19,866 nucleotides of DNA from Candidatus Ratteibacteria bacterium (lineage in GTDB: Bacteria; Ratteibacteria; UBA8468; B48-G9; DTJG01). Positions 1 to 8,876 of this stretch are shown in pieces. The stretch is taken from positions 1-19,866 of the forward strand of contig JBMFLH010000032.1 in assembly GCA_049971295.1 (NCBI GenBank). The letters run 5' to 3'. Within the stretch, counting starts at the first letter, position 1. Every line of letters starts with the position of its first letter. The translations under genes were made by a program, and so were the position numbers. The notes under the pieces were generated by a model. That model made no database searches and was not told where the DNA came from. It saw nothing but the letters and a program-made list of their open reading frames with translations.

Positions 1-2
1 AT

Positions 3-437
3 CAGGTTTATGAAGCAAAAATGTATGGCGCTGATTGTATTCTTTTAATTTTTAGGATACTATCAGATGAACAATTTATATCTTTGTTAAATGTAACAAA
101 AAATTTGAATCTTGAAGTTCTTGTTGAGTTGCATACAGAAAAAGAGATGGAAAGATTTTTTAATCTTATGCCAGCAAACAAAGGGTTACTAATTGGAATC
201 AATAGTCGCGACCTTGACAGTTTAAAAGTTGACTTTGACGGTATGATTCATTTGCTTTCCCTGCTTAAAGGCATTAAAATACCTGTCATTGCAGAAAGCG
301 GGATTAATGATGTGAAAACCCTGGTGAAGTTATACAACGCAGGCGCTAATGGGGCGCTCATTGGAAACTATTTTTTGAAAGCAAAATCGCCAGGATTGGC
401 TGTGAAAAATTTCTTAAAGGAGATTTGCTATGGATGA
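3..437 (+). CDS. trpC: Indole-3-glycerol phosphate synthase, 5'-truncated by the window edge
   Basis: The frame is open from base 3 ([16 protein letters not shown]). It carries the IGPS motifs [16 protein letters not shown] and IAESGI. The stop overlaps the next ATG. Confidence 0.93.
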   Translation, partial: QVYEAKMYGADCILLIFRILSDEQFISLLNVTKNLNLEVLVELHTEKEMERFFNLMPANKGLLIGINSRDLDSLKVDFDGMIHLLSLLKGIKIPVIAESGINDVKTLVKLYNAGANGALIGNYFLKAKSPGLAVKNFLKEICYG

Positions 438-1788
438 AAGAAAAATTCTATTGAGTGAAAAGGAAATGCCTGCAGCATGGTATAATGTGTTGCCTGATCT
501 TCCTGAGCAACTTCCGCCACCTCTCGATCCAGCAACAGGTAAACCAGTGGAGCCATCTGTTCTTGCAAAGATTTTTCCAATGTCTTTGCTTCAGCAGGAA
601 ATGTCAACCGAACCATGGATTGAAATTCCGGAAGATATAAGAAAAGTTTATGCGATGTGGAGGCCTACTCCTTTACACAGGGCGGTGGCTCTTGAGAAAT
701 ACTTGAAAACACCAGCAAGAATTTATTTTAAGAATGAAAGTGTAAGTCCTCCGGGGAGTCATAAACCAAATACCGCTGTTGCCCAGGCATACTATAATAA
801 AAAGGAGGGTGTAAAAAGATTGTGCACTGAAACAGGTGCAGGCCAATGGGGAAGCGCCCTTTCGTTTGCCTGTAATCTTTTTGGTCTTGATTGTGTGGTT
901 TATATGGTGAAGGTCAGTTATCAGCAAAAACCATACAGAAGAATTATGATGCAGACATGGAATGCGAAAATTTATCCATCTCCGAGCGACCAGACAAACT
1001 ATGGCAGAAGATTGTTGAAAGAGAATCCAGACAATCCAGGAAGTCTTGGTATCGCAATCTCTGAAGCGATTGAAGACACAATCAGTAGCAAAGATAGTAA
1101 ATATAGTTTGGGAAGTGTTTTGAACCATGTACTTCTTCACCAGACAATTGTTGGTCTTGAAACACAGAAACAACTTGCCCTTGTCGGTGAAAAGCCAGAT
1201 GTTCTTGTGGGTTGCGTGGGTGGAGGCAGCAACTTTGCTGGACTTGTTCTTCCTTTTGTGAAGGATAAAACCAAAGGGAAAAGCAATGTTGATGTAATTG
1301 GGGTTGAGCCAACTGCGTGTCCGACAATGACAAAAGGTCCTTACAGATATGATTATGGCGATACTTCAGGTTTGACGCCACTATTGAAAATGCTTACGCT
1401 CGGCCACGATTTTATGCCACCTGGTATTCATGCTGGTGGACTCAGATACCATGGACTTGCCCCAATTGTGAGCATGCTTGTGAACAAAAAGATTGTAAGA
1501 GCAGAAGCAGTGGCACAGACAAAGGCATTTGAAGCAGCCGTTATTTTTGCCAGAACCGAAGGATTCCTTCCTGCGCCAGAGACCTCGCATGCCATTAGAG
1601 TCGTGATTGATGAGGCAAGAAAGTGTGCTGAAACCGGCGAAGAAAAATGCATTGTGTTTAACTTTAGCGGACACGGGCATTTTGACCTATCTGCGTATGA
1701 CGCATATTTGACAGGAAAATTACAGGACTACGAATATCCTGAAGAAAAAATACGTGAGTCACTTGAGAATCTACCCAAAATTGAATGA
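430..1788 (+). CDS. trpB2: TrpB-like PLP-dependent enzyme (tryptophan synthase beta chain type 2, TrpB2)
   Basis: 452 aa. Motifs [29 protein letters not shown] (PLP lysine), [29 protein letters not shown] and [10 protein letters not shown] are characteristic of TrpB2. Confidence 0.95.
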   Translation: MDERKILLSEKEMPAAWYNVLPDLPEQLPPPLDPATGKPVEPSVLAKIFPMSLLQQEMSTEPWIEIPEDIRKVYAMWRPTPLHRAVALEKYLKTPARIYFKNESVSPPGSHKPNTAVAQAYYNKKEGVKRLCTETGAGQWGSALSFACNLFGLDCVVYMVKVSYQQKPYRRIMMQTWNAKIYPSPSDQTNYGRRLLKENPDNPGSLGIAISEAIEDTISSKDSKYSLGSVLNHVLLHQTIVGLETQKQLALVGEKPDVLVGCVGGGSNFAGLVLPFVKDKTKGKSNVDVIGVEPTACPTMTKGPYRYDYGDTSGLTPLLKMLTLGHDFMPPGIHAGGLRYHGLAPIVSMLVNKKIVRAEAVAQTKAFEAAVIFARTEGFLPAPETSHAIRVVIDEARKCAETGEEKCIVFNFSGHGHFDLSAYDAYLTGKLQDYEYPEEKIRESLENLPKIE

Positions 1789-2423
1789 AGGTCAAAATTT
1801 GCGGGATTACTCAAAAGAAAGATGCAGAGCAGTGTGATGCTCTTGGGGTTGATTATCTTGGTTTTAATTTTTACAGATTGAGTAAAAGGTACATACTTCC
1901 TGAAAAGGCAAGAGATATCATTTCTATCTTAAAAAGAGCAAAACCCATAGGTATATTTGTGGAACAGGACTTAGATTATATAAAAATGATTGTTGATATA
2001 TGCCATTTATACGGAATTCAAATACATGGAACCGAGAGACCAGAATTCTGCTACAGGGTAAGGAAATTGTTTCCAGACCAGATCATTATACAGGTTTTCA
2101 GAATTAAGGAAACAGTTCCTGCGAACTTGAGAGATTTTGACACTGACTACTATCTTTTTGATTCTTTTGATTCTGCAAGTCCTGGTGGCACTGGAAAACC
2201 ATTTAACTGGACAGTGCTACAAAAGTTGCAACCTGTTGCACAAAAATCTTTCATTGCAGGTGGAATAAACCCGGAAAATGTGGGAAGACTTATTGCCAGA
2301 ATAAACGCATATGGAATTGATATCGCATCAGGTGTGGAGAAAGCGCCAGGTATTAAGGATATTGAAAAGGTGAAACAGTTGCTGGTGAAAACCAGGGGGT
2401 ATGTGAATGACAAAATTGCCTGA
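1785..2423 (+). CDS. trpF: N-(5'-phosphoribosyl)anthranilate isomerase
   Basis: Motifs [37 protein letters not shown] and [12 protein letters not shown] overlap with trpB2. Confidence 0.95.
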   Translation: MKVKICGITQKKDAEQCDALGVDYLGFNFYRLSKRYILPEKARDIISILKRAKPIGIFVEQDLDYIKMIVDICHLYGIQIHGTERPEFCYRVRKLFPDQIIIQVFRIKETVPANLRDFDTDYYLFDSFDSASPGGTGKPFNWTVLQKLQPVAQKSFIAGGINPENVGRLIARINAYGIDIASGVEKAPGIKDIEKVKQLLVKTRGYVNDKIA

Positions 2424-3597
2424 TAAAAAAGGAAGGTTTGGTATTTATGGTGGAAAGTTTGCTCCTGAGACATTGATGGCTCCAATTGCAGAACTTGAGC
2501 ATGCATATTTTACCACTGGTACGAGCAGGCAATTTCATAAAGAGCTTGATTACTACCTGAGAAATTATGCAGGAAGACCCACTTCCCTTTATTATGCTGA
2601 AAATTTTTCAAAGGAGATTGGTTGTAAGGTTTATTTGAAGAGAGAAGACCTTGCATTTACAGGCGCTCACAAAATTAACAATACCATTGCTCAGGTTCTC
2701 CTTGCAAGGAAAATGGGGAAAACGCGTGTGATTGCTGAGACAGGAGCAGGGCAGCATGGTGTAGCAACAGCAACAGCGGCAGCGCTTTTCAAACTTGAAT
2801 GCGAAATATACATGGGAGAAGTTGATATGAAGAGACAGGCCCTCAATGTTTACAGGATGCGACTTCTGGGTGCAAGGGTCAATTGCGTAAGTTCAGGTAG
2901 CCGTACGCTTAAAGATGCAATCAATGAGGCATTGAGGGACTGGATATCAAATTTCAAAACAACTCATTATGTCATCGGCAGTGTTGTGGGTTTTCACCCG
3001 TTTCCAGTAATGGTCAGGGATTTTCAATCAGTAATTGGAAAAGAGACACGGCGTCAGATCCTGAAAATAGAGAAGCGACTTCCAGATTATCTGGTTGCGT
3101 GTGTTGGTGGAGGCAGCAATAGTATAGGCCTTTTTCATCCATTCTACGAAGATAAAAATGTAAAATTTATTGGCGTAGAAGCTGCGGGAAAAGGACTTGA
3201 TACAGATTATCATTCTGCGACGCTGTGCAGGGGAACCCCAGGAATATTGCATGGCAGTTTTAGTTATGTTCTTCAGAACAAAGATGGTCAAATTCATCCA
3301 ACCCATTCTATTTCTGCAGGGCTTGATTATCCAGGAACAGGGCCAGAGCATAGTTTTTACAAGGATACAGGAAGGGCAGAATATTGTGCTGTGACTGACC
3401 ACGAGGTTCTTAAAGCATTTCACGTTCTGAGTGAAAAAGAGGGTATTATACCTGCTCTTGAATCAGCTCATGCCATTGCGTATTTAGTGGAAAATAAAAA
3501 AAGATTTAAGCCAGACGATATTGTGGTTGTATGTTTGTCTGGAAGGGGAGATAAGGATGTCAATGAAGTTGCAAGAATTGAAGGAGTTCAACTGTGA
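2407..3597 (+). CDS. trpB: Tryptophan synthase beta chain (type 1)
   Basis: Motifs [51 protein letters not shown] and LSGRGDKD. Confidence 0.97.
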   Translation: MTKLPDKKGRFGIYGGKFAPETLMAPIAELEHAYFTTGTSRQFHKELDYYLRNYAGRPTSLYYAENFSKEIGCKVYLKREDLAFTGAHKINNTIAQVLLARKMGKTRVIAETGAGQHGVATATAAALFKLECEIYMGEVDMKRQALNVYRMRLLGARVNCVSSGSRTLKDAINEALRDWISNFKTTHYVIGSVVGFHPFPVMVRDFQSVIGKETRRQILKIEKRLPDYLVACVGGGSNSIGLFHPFYEDKNVKFIGVEAAGKGLDTDYHSATLCRGTPGILHGSFSYVLQNKDGQIHPTHSISAGLDYPGTGPEHSFYKDTGRAEYCAVTDHEVLKAFHVLSEKEGIIPALESAHAIAYLVENKKRFKPDDIVVVCLSGRGDKDVNEVARIEGVQL

Positions 3598-4376
3598 ACA
3601 TTAAACAGAAGTTTAAATTACTCGTGCAGGAAAATCGAGTGGGATTGATTATTTATGTCACAGCTGGCTACCCGGATATCAATTTTACAGAAGATTTTGT
3701 CCAGAGATTGCAGGATGTGGGAGTTGATTTTATAGAGATTGGGGTACCTTTTTCTGACCCTGTCGCTGATGGTCCAATTATTCAGGCATGTTCCCAGAAG
3801 GCACTTGAAAACAAGGTGAATTTAGAGTCAATTTTCAATGTGTGTGACAGGTTGAAATCTCGATTATCAATTCCATATCTTTTGATGAGTTATTATAATC
3901 CTGTATATCAATATGGGCTTGAAAAATTCGCGCGCGACTGCGCAGAAACTAATGTTTCTGGAGTTATTGTTCCTGATTTGCCTTTTGAAGAATCCAGACA
4001 GTTAAACACACAACTGAAAAAATTCAGTATCGACCAGATTTTGTTTATTAGTTCAACGACATCTCCAGAAAGAAGGAAAAAAATTCTTAAGGTTGCAACA
4101 GGATTTATTTATTACATTGCAGTGCATGGTGTGACTGGAACAAGGGATTTTTTGCCTGAAGAAACATACCAGGATGTGGCACAATTGCGAGAACAGGCCA
4201 CCTTACCTGTAGCAGTTGGATTTGGAATTTCAAATCAGCAGCAAATTCTTCGATTAAAAAGGTGTGCAGACGGCATCATAATAGGAAGTTTTGTGATGAA
4301 AGAAATCATGGACGGTAACTGGTTATCCTTGCTTGAGACGTTGAAAAAGTTCCACTATATTTTGAAACATGGTTAA
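3594..4376 (+). CDS. trpA: Tryptophan synthase alpha chain
   Basis: Motifs [40 protein letters not shown] and DGIIIGS. The GTG start overlaps the trpB stop (GTGA). Confidence 0.96.
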   Translation: MNIKQKFKLLVQENRVGLIIYVTAGYPDINFTEDFVQRLQDVGVDFIEIGVPFSDPVADGPIIQACSQKALENKVNLESIFNVCDRLKSRLSIPYLLMSYYNPVYQYGLEKFARDCAETNVSGVIVPDLPFEESRQLNTQLKKFSIDQILFISSTTSPERRKKILKVATGFIYYIAVHGVTGTRDFLPEETYQDVAQLREQATLPVAVGFGISNQQQILRLKRCADGIIIGSFVMKEIMDGNWLSLLETLKKFHYILKHG

Positions 4377-4380
4377 TGGC

Positions 4381-4410
4381 TTGACCTGAGGATACATTTA
4401 TTTGTATAAT
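4381..4410 (+). promoter_or_regulatory. Putative sigma70-type promoter driving a leaderless transcript
   Basis: TTGACC (4381-4386), 18-bp spacer, TATAAT (4405-4410), then 6 nt to the ATG at 4417. No Shine-Dalgarno is present. Confidence 0.65.
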
Positions 4411-4416
4411 AACAAA

Positions 4417-5169
4417 ATGGCAAAAAAGAACAAAAAATCAGGTAAAAAGTCGTGGAAAAAATTCATCATGTTGTCTGTACTGCTAATTCTTGCTGGCGGT
4501 GCATATATTGGTTATAACAGGTATCAGGCATACCAGAAGCGACTTGCCGAGCAGAAAGCAAAAGAAGAAGAATTGAGAAAACAGCAGCTTGCTGAGGAGC
4601 AAAAACGTAAAGAACTTGAACAGGCCAAACAGAAATTTGAAGAACTTCTATCACAGATGAGACAGGCTCTGGCAAAGAAGAATTATGCCCTTGTCAGACA
4701 ACTTGGTGAAAAAGCCAGGGATCTTGCGCTTGCATATAAGTTTCCCACTGATGAAATTGAAAAAATTTTGAGAGAAATGAATCTTGCCATAGCCATGGCA
4801 GGACTTGCGCGACTTGAAAAAATAAAGGACCCATACGCCCATCTTTATGTCAGGAACGAATTGAAGAAGATTCCTCGATATCCTGAAATTGCAAAAAGAT
4901 GGGATAAACTATGGAAAAAAAGTTTTCAGGATGAATACCTGGTATTGCTGGATCTTGCTGAAATTACTTCAGGTAAAGTAAATAGTGGTGATAGTCCTGA
5001 AGGCAATTACTTATTGTCGAAGACATATCTAAAAAAAGCAAAGGCAATTGTTGCCTCGGGCAGGGCAATTTCGGATAAAGAACGTGAAAATGCGTTGCTA
5101 CAAAAGCAGAGTGATGGATATTTTTCTTCCATTGGAAGAAGTTTTCAACCTGCCGGCCTTTACCGCTGA
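4417..5169 (+). CDS. Hypothetical single-pass membrane protein with a coiled-coil/helical soluble domain
   Basis: Lys-rich N-terminus (MAKKNKKSGKKSWKK), one hydrophobic helix (FIMLSVLLILAGGAYIGY), then a Q/E/K-rich coiled coil. I prefer ATG 4417 over the track's TTG 4402, which lies within the predicted promoter, immediately before its -10 hexamer. Confidence 0.8.
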   Translation: MAKKNKKSGKKSWKKFIMLSVLLILAGGAYIGYNRYQAYQKRLAEQKAKEEELRKQQLAEEQKRKELEQAKQKFEELLSQMRQALAKKNYALVRQLGEKARDLALAYKFPTDEIEKILREMNLAIAMAGLARLEKIKDPYAHLYVRNELKKIPRYPEIAKRWDKLWKKSFQDEYLVLLDLAEITSGKVNSGDSPEGNYLLSKTYLKKAKAIVASGRAISDKERENALLQKQSDGYFSSIGRSFQPAGLYR

Positions 5170-5171
5170 TT

Positions 5172-6461
5172 ATGAAAAAGAAAATCAATGTTGGTATTAT
5201 AGGATTTGGAACTGTTGGTAGCAGCACGGCATTGGTTTTGCGTGAAAAGAGGGACCTTTTTCAGAGGTACATAGGAATAGATTTTGAAGTAAAAAAAATT
5301 TGTGATATTGACTGGAGAACAAAAAGGACTTGGATACCACCGAAAAATGTTAGAATATCCAATTATCAGGATGTTGTGAACGACCCTGACATTGACATTG
5401 TTGTTGAATTGGTGGGAAAATTTCAACCAGCATATGATATTATCAGCCTGAGCTTAAGAAATAAAAAGGCAGTTGTCACAGCAAACAAGTTTTTACTATC
5501 AAAAAAGCTTTTGGAATTGTTGAACTTGGCAAATGAAAATGGTACTTATTTAGGGTTTGAAGCCAGCGTTGCTGGCGCTATTCCTATTATAAAGACAATT
5601 AGAGAGAGTTTTGCGGCAGACAGGATTACATCGATTATTGGCATTCTTAATGGTACGACAAATTATGTACTTTCATCCATGACAGAGAAACATCAAACAT
5701 TTTCACTGGCTCTTGACTGTGCAAAAAAATTGGGGTATGCTGAAAGTGATCCTTATCTTGACATTTCAGGAAAAGATAGTGCACAGAAACTTACCATTAT
5801 TTCAACGTATGCATTTCATTGTCCAATTTCAGAGGATGATTTTCTGATTGAAGGGATCGATGCTGTGGTACCAGAAGATATTGAGTTTGCGTTAGAACTT
5901 GGGTACAAAATTAAACTGCTTGCCATAGCAAAGCGAGTGGATGATACAATTTCTTTGAGGGTGCACCCTGCTCTGATTCCGCAAAGCCACATGCTTTCCG
6001 ATGTTAATGATGTGTACAACGCTGTGTATCTGGAGGGAGATCTTTTTAATAAAATCCTTCTTTATGGCGAGGGCGCTGGCGGAAGGCCAGCTTCAAGCGC
6101 TGTGGTATCTGATATTATTGAAATCGGCAGGAAACTGTTGATTCAGGACCATTTATCTGAAAAATTTGTTATAGAGCCTGAATTAAGGATTCAGCAATTA
6201 GATAGTCTTGAAACCAGATATTACTTGCGTTTTACTGCAGTGGACAGACCTGGAGTTCTGGCAAAAATTGCCAATGTTCTCGGAAGAAACAGTATCAGCA
6301 TTGCTTCAGTAATCCAGAAAAAAGAAAATCCTGATAGGGCAGTGCCCATTGTCATGCTGACCCACAGAGCAACTGAAAAAAATATCAGAAAGGCAGTAGA
6401 TGTGATTAATAAACTATCCTGCATAAAACAAAAAACGCAGGTCATTCGCGTTGAAGATTGA
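5172..6461 (+). CDS. hom: Homoserine dehydrogenase with C-terminal ACT domain
   Basis: Motifs GIIGFGTVG, VVTANK, FEASVAGAIPII, GILNGTTNY, GYAESDP..DISGKD and YGEGAG, plus the ACT motif DRPGVLAKI. Confidence 0.95.
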   Translation: MKKKINVGIIGFGTVGSSTALVLREKRDLFQRYIGIDFEVKKICDIDWRTKRTWIPPKNVRISNYQDVVNDPDIDIVVELVGKFQPAYDIISLSLRNKKAVVTANKFLLSKKLLELLNLANENGTYLGFEASVAGAIPIIKTIRESFAADRITSIIGILNGTTNYVLSSMTEKHQTFSLALDCAKKLGYAESDPYLDISGKDSAQKLTIISTYAFHCPISEDDFLIEGIDAVVPEDIEFALELGYKIKLLAIAKRVDDTISLRVHPALIPQSHMLSDVNDVYNAVYLEGDLFNKILLYGEGAGGRPASSAVVSDIIEIGRKLLIQDHLSEKFVIEPELRIQQLDSLETRYYLRFTAVDRPGVLAKIANVLGRNSISIASVIQKKENPDRAVPIVMLTHRATEKNIRKAVDVINKLSCIKQKTQVIRVED

Positions 6462-6481
6462 CGTTTTTTAAAAACAAATCC

Positions 6482-7381
6482 ATGAAAAAAATAAACAAAG
6501 TTATTATTTCAGTACCTGGCTGCATAGGGAATGTGGGTAGCGGTTTTGACTGTATGGGTATCAGCATAAAACTGTTTAACAAATTCACCTTTGAAAGGTC
6601 AGAGCATTTTTCCATTTCCGTTTCGTCTCCTGATGTGGATAGCAGCAAAAACAATCTATGTTATAAATCTTTTGAAAAGGTTTGCAAATTTCTCGGGAAA
6701 GATGCTCCTGATGTGAATTTGAGCATCGATAGTGAAATTCCTGTCGGCAAGGGTCTGGGTAGCAGTGGCACTGCAGTTCTTGCAGGAATTATCGCTGGTT
6801 TAATTTTTTCTGGGGAAAAAGTGATTCTCAACAGTGTTTTGAAAGCAGGCAAAAAAATTGAAAAACATCTTGATGATATCGCGGCAAGTTTTCTTGGGGG
6901 ACTGGTCGTTGTTGCAGAAAACAATGGAGAAATTGTTTGTAAACAATTTGATATTCCTTCAGGTATTTCAGCTGTATTTTTCATTACAGAGTATGCATTT
7001 TCCACAAAACAGGCGAGAAAAATTCTTCCTGATACTGTTTCTATGTCAGACGCAATTTTTAATCTTTCAAGGACATGTCTTATCCCTGTGGCGTTCATTG
7101 AAAAAGATAAGAAACTACTCAGCATCGCAACCCAGGATAAACTTCATCAGATATACAGAGAAAAAATCTATCCTCACTTCAGGATTCTTTATGATTCTGC
7201 AATGCAATGTGGTGCTGCTGGCTGTTGTTTAAGTGGCGCAGGACCATCAGTGGTTGCGTTTTGTTTTGATGATACCGAAAAGCTTGTAAAAAAATGGACA
7301 GAGGTTTCCAAAAAATTTAGAATCGCAGGTGAAATAAGGATAATCGAACCAGGTGGAAAAACAACATGGAATCTTTATTGA
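6482..7381 (+). CDS. thrB: Homoserine kinase (GHMP kinase family)
   Basis: Motifs GNVGSGFD, IPVGKGLGSSG, DKLHQIYR and LSGAGPSV, located directly after hom. The start is ATG 6482, or alternatively TTG 6458 overlapping the hom stop. Confidence 0.88.
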   Translation: MKKINKVIISVPGCIGNVGSGFDCMGISIKLFNKFTFERSEHFSISVSSPDVDSSKNNLCYKSFEKVCKFLGKDAPDVNLSIDSEIPVGKGLGSSGTAVLAGIIAGLIFSGEKVILNSVLKAGKKIEKHLDDIAASFLGGLVVVAENNGEIVCKQFDIPSGISAVFFITEYAFSTKQARKILPDTVSMSDAIFNLSRTCLIPVAFIEKDKKLLSIATQDKLHQIYREKIYPHFRILYDSAMQCGAAGCCLSGAGPSVVAFCFDDTEKLVKKWTEVSKKFRIAGEIRIIEPGGKTTWNLY

Positions 7382-7405
7382 CAGGCGTGTTTGTATTAAA
7401 ATACT
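7378..7405 (+). promoter_or_regulatory. Possible promoter for the Trk cluster
   Basis: A perfect TTGACA at 7378-7383 overlaps the thrB stop. The -10 candidates are imperfect (AATACT at 16-bp spacing) or badly spaced (TAAAAT at 13 bp). A purine-rich SD-like stretch precedes ATG 7428. Confidence 0.35.
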
Positions 7406-7427
7406 ACGAGAGGGGGAATAAGGCGTC

Positions 7428-8072
7428 ATGTATTTTATTGTGATTGGATGTGGAAAGGTTGGAAGTCAGCTTGCAAAATTTCTCTCAGAAAACCATAATG
7501 TTGTTGTAATTGATAAAAATGCTTCAAGCTTTCAGGCATTGCAACCAGTTTTCAATGGCATTACTATTACGGGAAACTGTATTAATCTTGATGTTCTCAG
7601 GGATGCCGGAATTGAAAGGTGTGATGGTATCGCAGCTGTGACAAGTGATGATAATGTCAATATCGTCGTTGGCCAGATAGCAAAGAAAATGTTTAATATT
7701 AACAAGTGTATTATTAGAATCGTAGATCCTGTGAAGAATGAAATATACAGAAAACTTGGTTATGACGTGATTAGCGGACAGAGATTGATTGCTGCAATTA
7801 TAAGAGATAAACTGATTGAAAGAGGTACGACCACATACATAGTTGAAAACAGTGATATCTCCTTTCTTGAAATTTTCATCAACGGGAAAAAATCAGGCAC
7901 GCGAGTTTCTGACCTGAATATCCCTGAAGAATTTAAGGTTGTTGTGGTGGTGAAGCAGGATGGGCCTGTGATTCCTGATGATGGGTACGTTGTGAAGGAG
8001 GGAGACCTTGTTATTGGAGTTGCACGAATGAAGTCCATGCAAAGAATTAAAAAGATTCTGGAGATGACATGA
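7428..8072 (+). CDS. trkA: TrkA/KtrA-family K+ uptake regulatory subunit (RCK_N + RCK_C)
   Basis: 214 aa. Rossmann motif IVIGCGKVG..VVVIDKN, AVTSDDNVNI, and a C-terminal RCK_C (IPDDGYVVKEGDLV). Confidence 0.9.
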   Translation: MYFIVIGCGKVGSQLAKFLSENHNVVVIDKNASSFQALQPVFNGITITGNCINLDVLRDAGIERCDGIAAVTSDDNVNIVVGQIAKKMFNINKCIIRIVDPVKNEIYRKLGYDVISGQRLIAAIIRDKLIERGTTTYIVENSDISFLEIFINGKKSGTRVSDLNIPEEFKVVVVVKQDGPVIPDDGYVVKEGDLVIGVARMKSMQRIKKILEMT

Positions 8073-8728
8073 GAATTATTATTGTTGGCGGAGGAAAGGT
8101 TGGTTATTTTCTTGCTGAACGACTCGCAAGAACACATTATGTTTCCTTGATTGAGAAGGACAAAAGAATTACCGACGAATTGGCTGAAAACAGAAATATA
8201 CTCATAATCAATGGAGATGGATGCCAGACAGATATTCTTGTTCAGGCAGGGGTGAAGGATGCAGACGTTGTTGCTGCAGTGACTGGCAAGGATGAGGACA
8301 ATCTTGTGATATGCCAGATTGCAAAGGATATTTTCAAGGTGAAAAGGACAGTTGCCAGGGTCAATGATCCCAAGAATGAAAGAATATTTTTCCAGCTGGG
8401 TGTGGATATTGCTATAGATAGTACAGCAATCATCGCGAAAATTATAGAAGAAGAGGTTTCACTTGAAGACATGATAAATCTCTGTGCTTTCAAAAAAGGG
8501 CAACTATCGCTTGTCAGGATTGACCTGCCCGAAGATGCGCCAATTGTGAAAAAAAGTTTGAAAGAAATTGAGCTTCCAGCAGAGGCAGTAATTGTGGCTG
8601 TGTTAAGAAAGGAACATCTGATAGTGCCTGACAGGGACTTTGTTTTTCAGCAGGGTGACGAAGTTGTTGCTCTGACAAAAATTGAAGACGAAGGCGAAAT
8701 TCTGAACGCTTTAATAGGCAGAATGTAA
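8069..8728 (+). CDS. trkA: Second TrkA/KtrA-family K+ uptake regulatory subunit
   Basis: 219 aa. Motifs IIIVGGGKVG, GDG, AVTGKDEDNL, ARVNDPKN and RCK_C (LIVPDRDFVFQQGDEV). ATGA overlap with the first trkA. Confidence 0.92.
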   Translation: MRIIIVGGGKVGYFLAERLARTHYVSLIEKDKRITDELAENRNILIINGDGCQTDILVQAGVKDADVVAAVTGKDEDNLVICQIAKDIFKVKRTVARVNDPKNERIFFQLGVDIAIDSTAIIAKIIEEEVSLEDMINLCAFKKGQLSLVRIDLPEDAPIVKKSLKEIELPAEAVIVAVLRKEHLIVPDRDFVFQQGDEVVALTKIEDEGEILNALIGRM

Positions 8729-8729
8729 T

Positions 8730-8876
8730 ATGAAAATCAGGTTAATACGCTATCTCACAATGCTCAAAAAGGGAATCATTGGTATATCCATTGAACTGGT
8801 ATATCCATTGATTGTTACCATTTCTGCGTTTATCCTCAGCTTTATTATGTTTATTTCGGAGATTGTCCACAGATGA
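8730..8876 (+). CDS. 48-aa putative small membrane protein (not in the ORF track)
   Basis: Manual translation gives MKIRLIRYLTMLKKGIIGISIELVYPLIVTISAFILSFIMFISEIVHR*. It starts 1 nt after the trkA stop, ends in an ATGA overlap with trkH, and fills the gap exactly. Basic N-terminus followed by a hydrophobic helix. Confidence 0.72.
   Translation: MKIRLIRYLTMLKKGIIGISIELVYPLIVTISAFILSFIMFISEIVHR
8780..8811 (+). repeat. Perfect 15-bp direct repeat TGGTATATCCATTGA x2 (17-bp period)
   Basis: Copies at 8780-8794 and 8797-8811, read directly from the sequence. Confidence 0.9.

Noticed and set aside
8..3423. Many short antisense or alternate-frame ORFs over the trp genes (e.g. 673-1173, 2150-2506, 3028-3423)
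   Set aside because: They lie on strongly supported genes and have no recognisable motifs, so they are shadow ORFs.
4377..4416. Possible terminator or attenuator after trpA
   Set aside because: There is no GC-rich hairpin with a U-tract, and the 40 bp are better explained as a promoter.
6661..8493. Antisense ORFs 6661-7125, 7760-8137 and 8242-8493
   Set aside because: They are Ser/Ile/Thr-rich mirror translations of thrB and trkA with no independent evidence.
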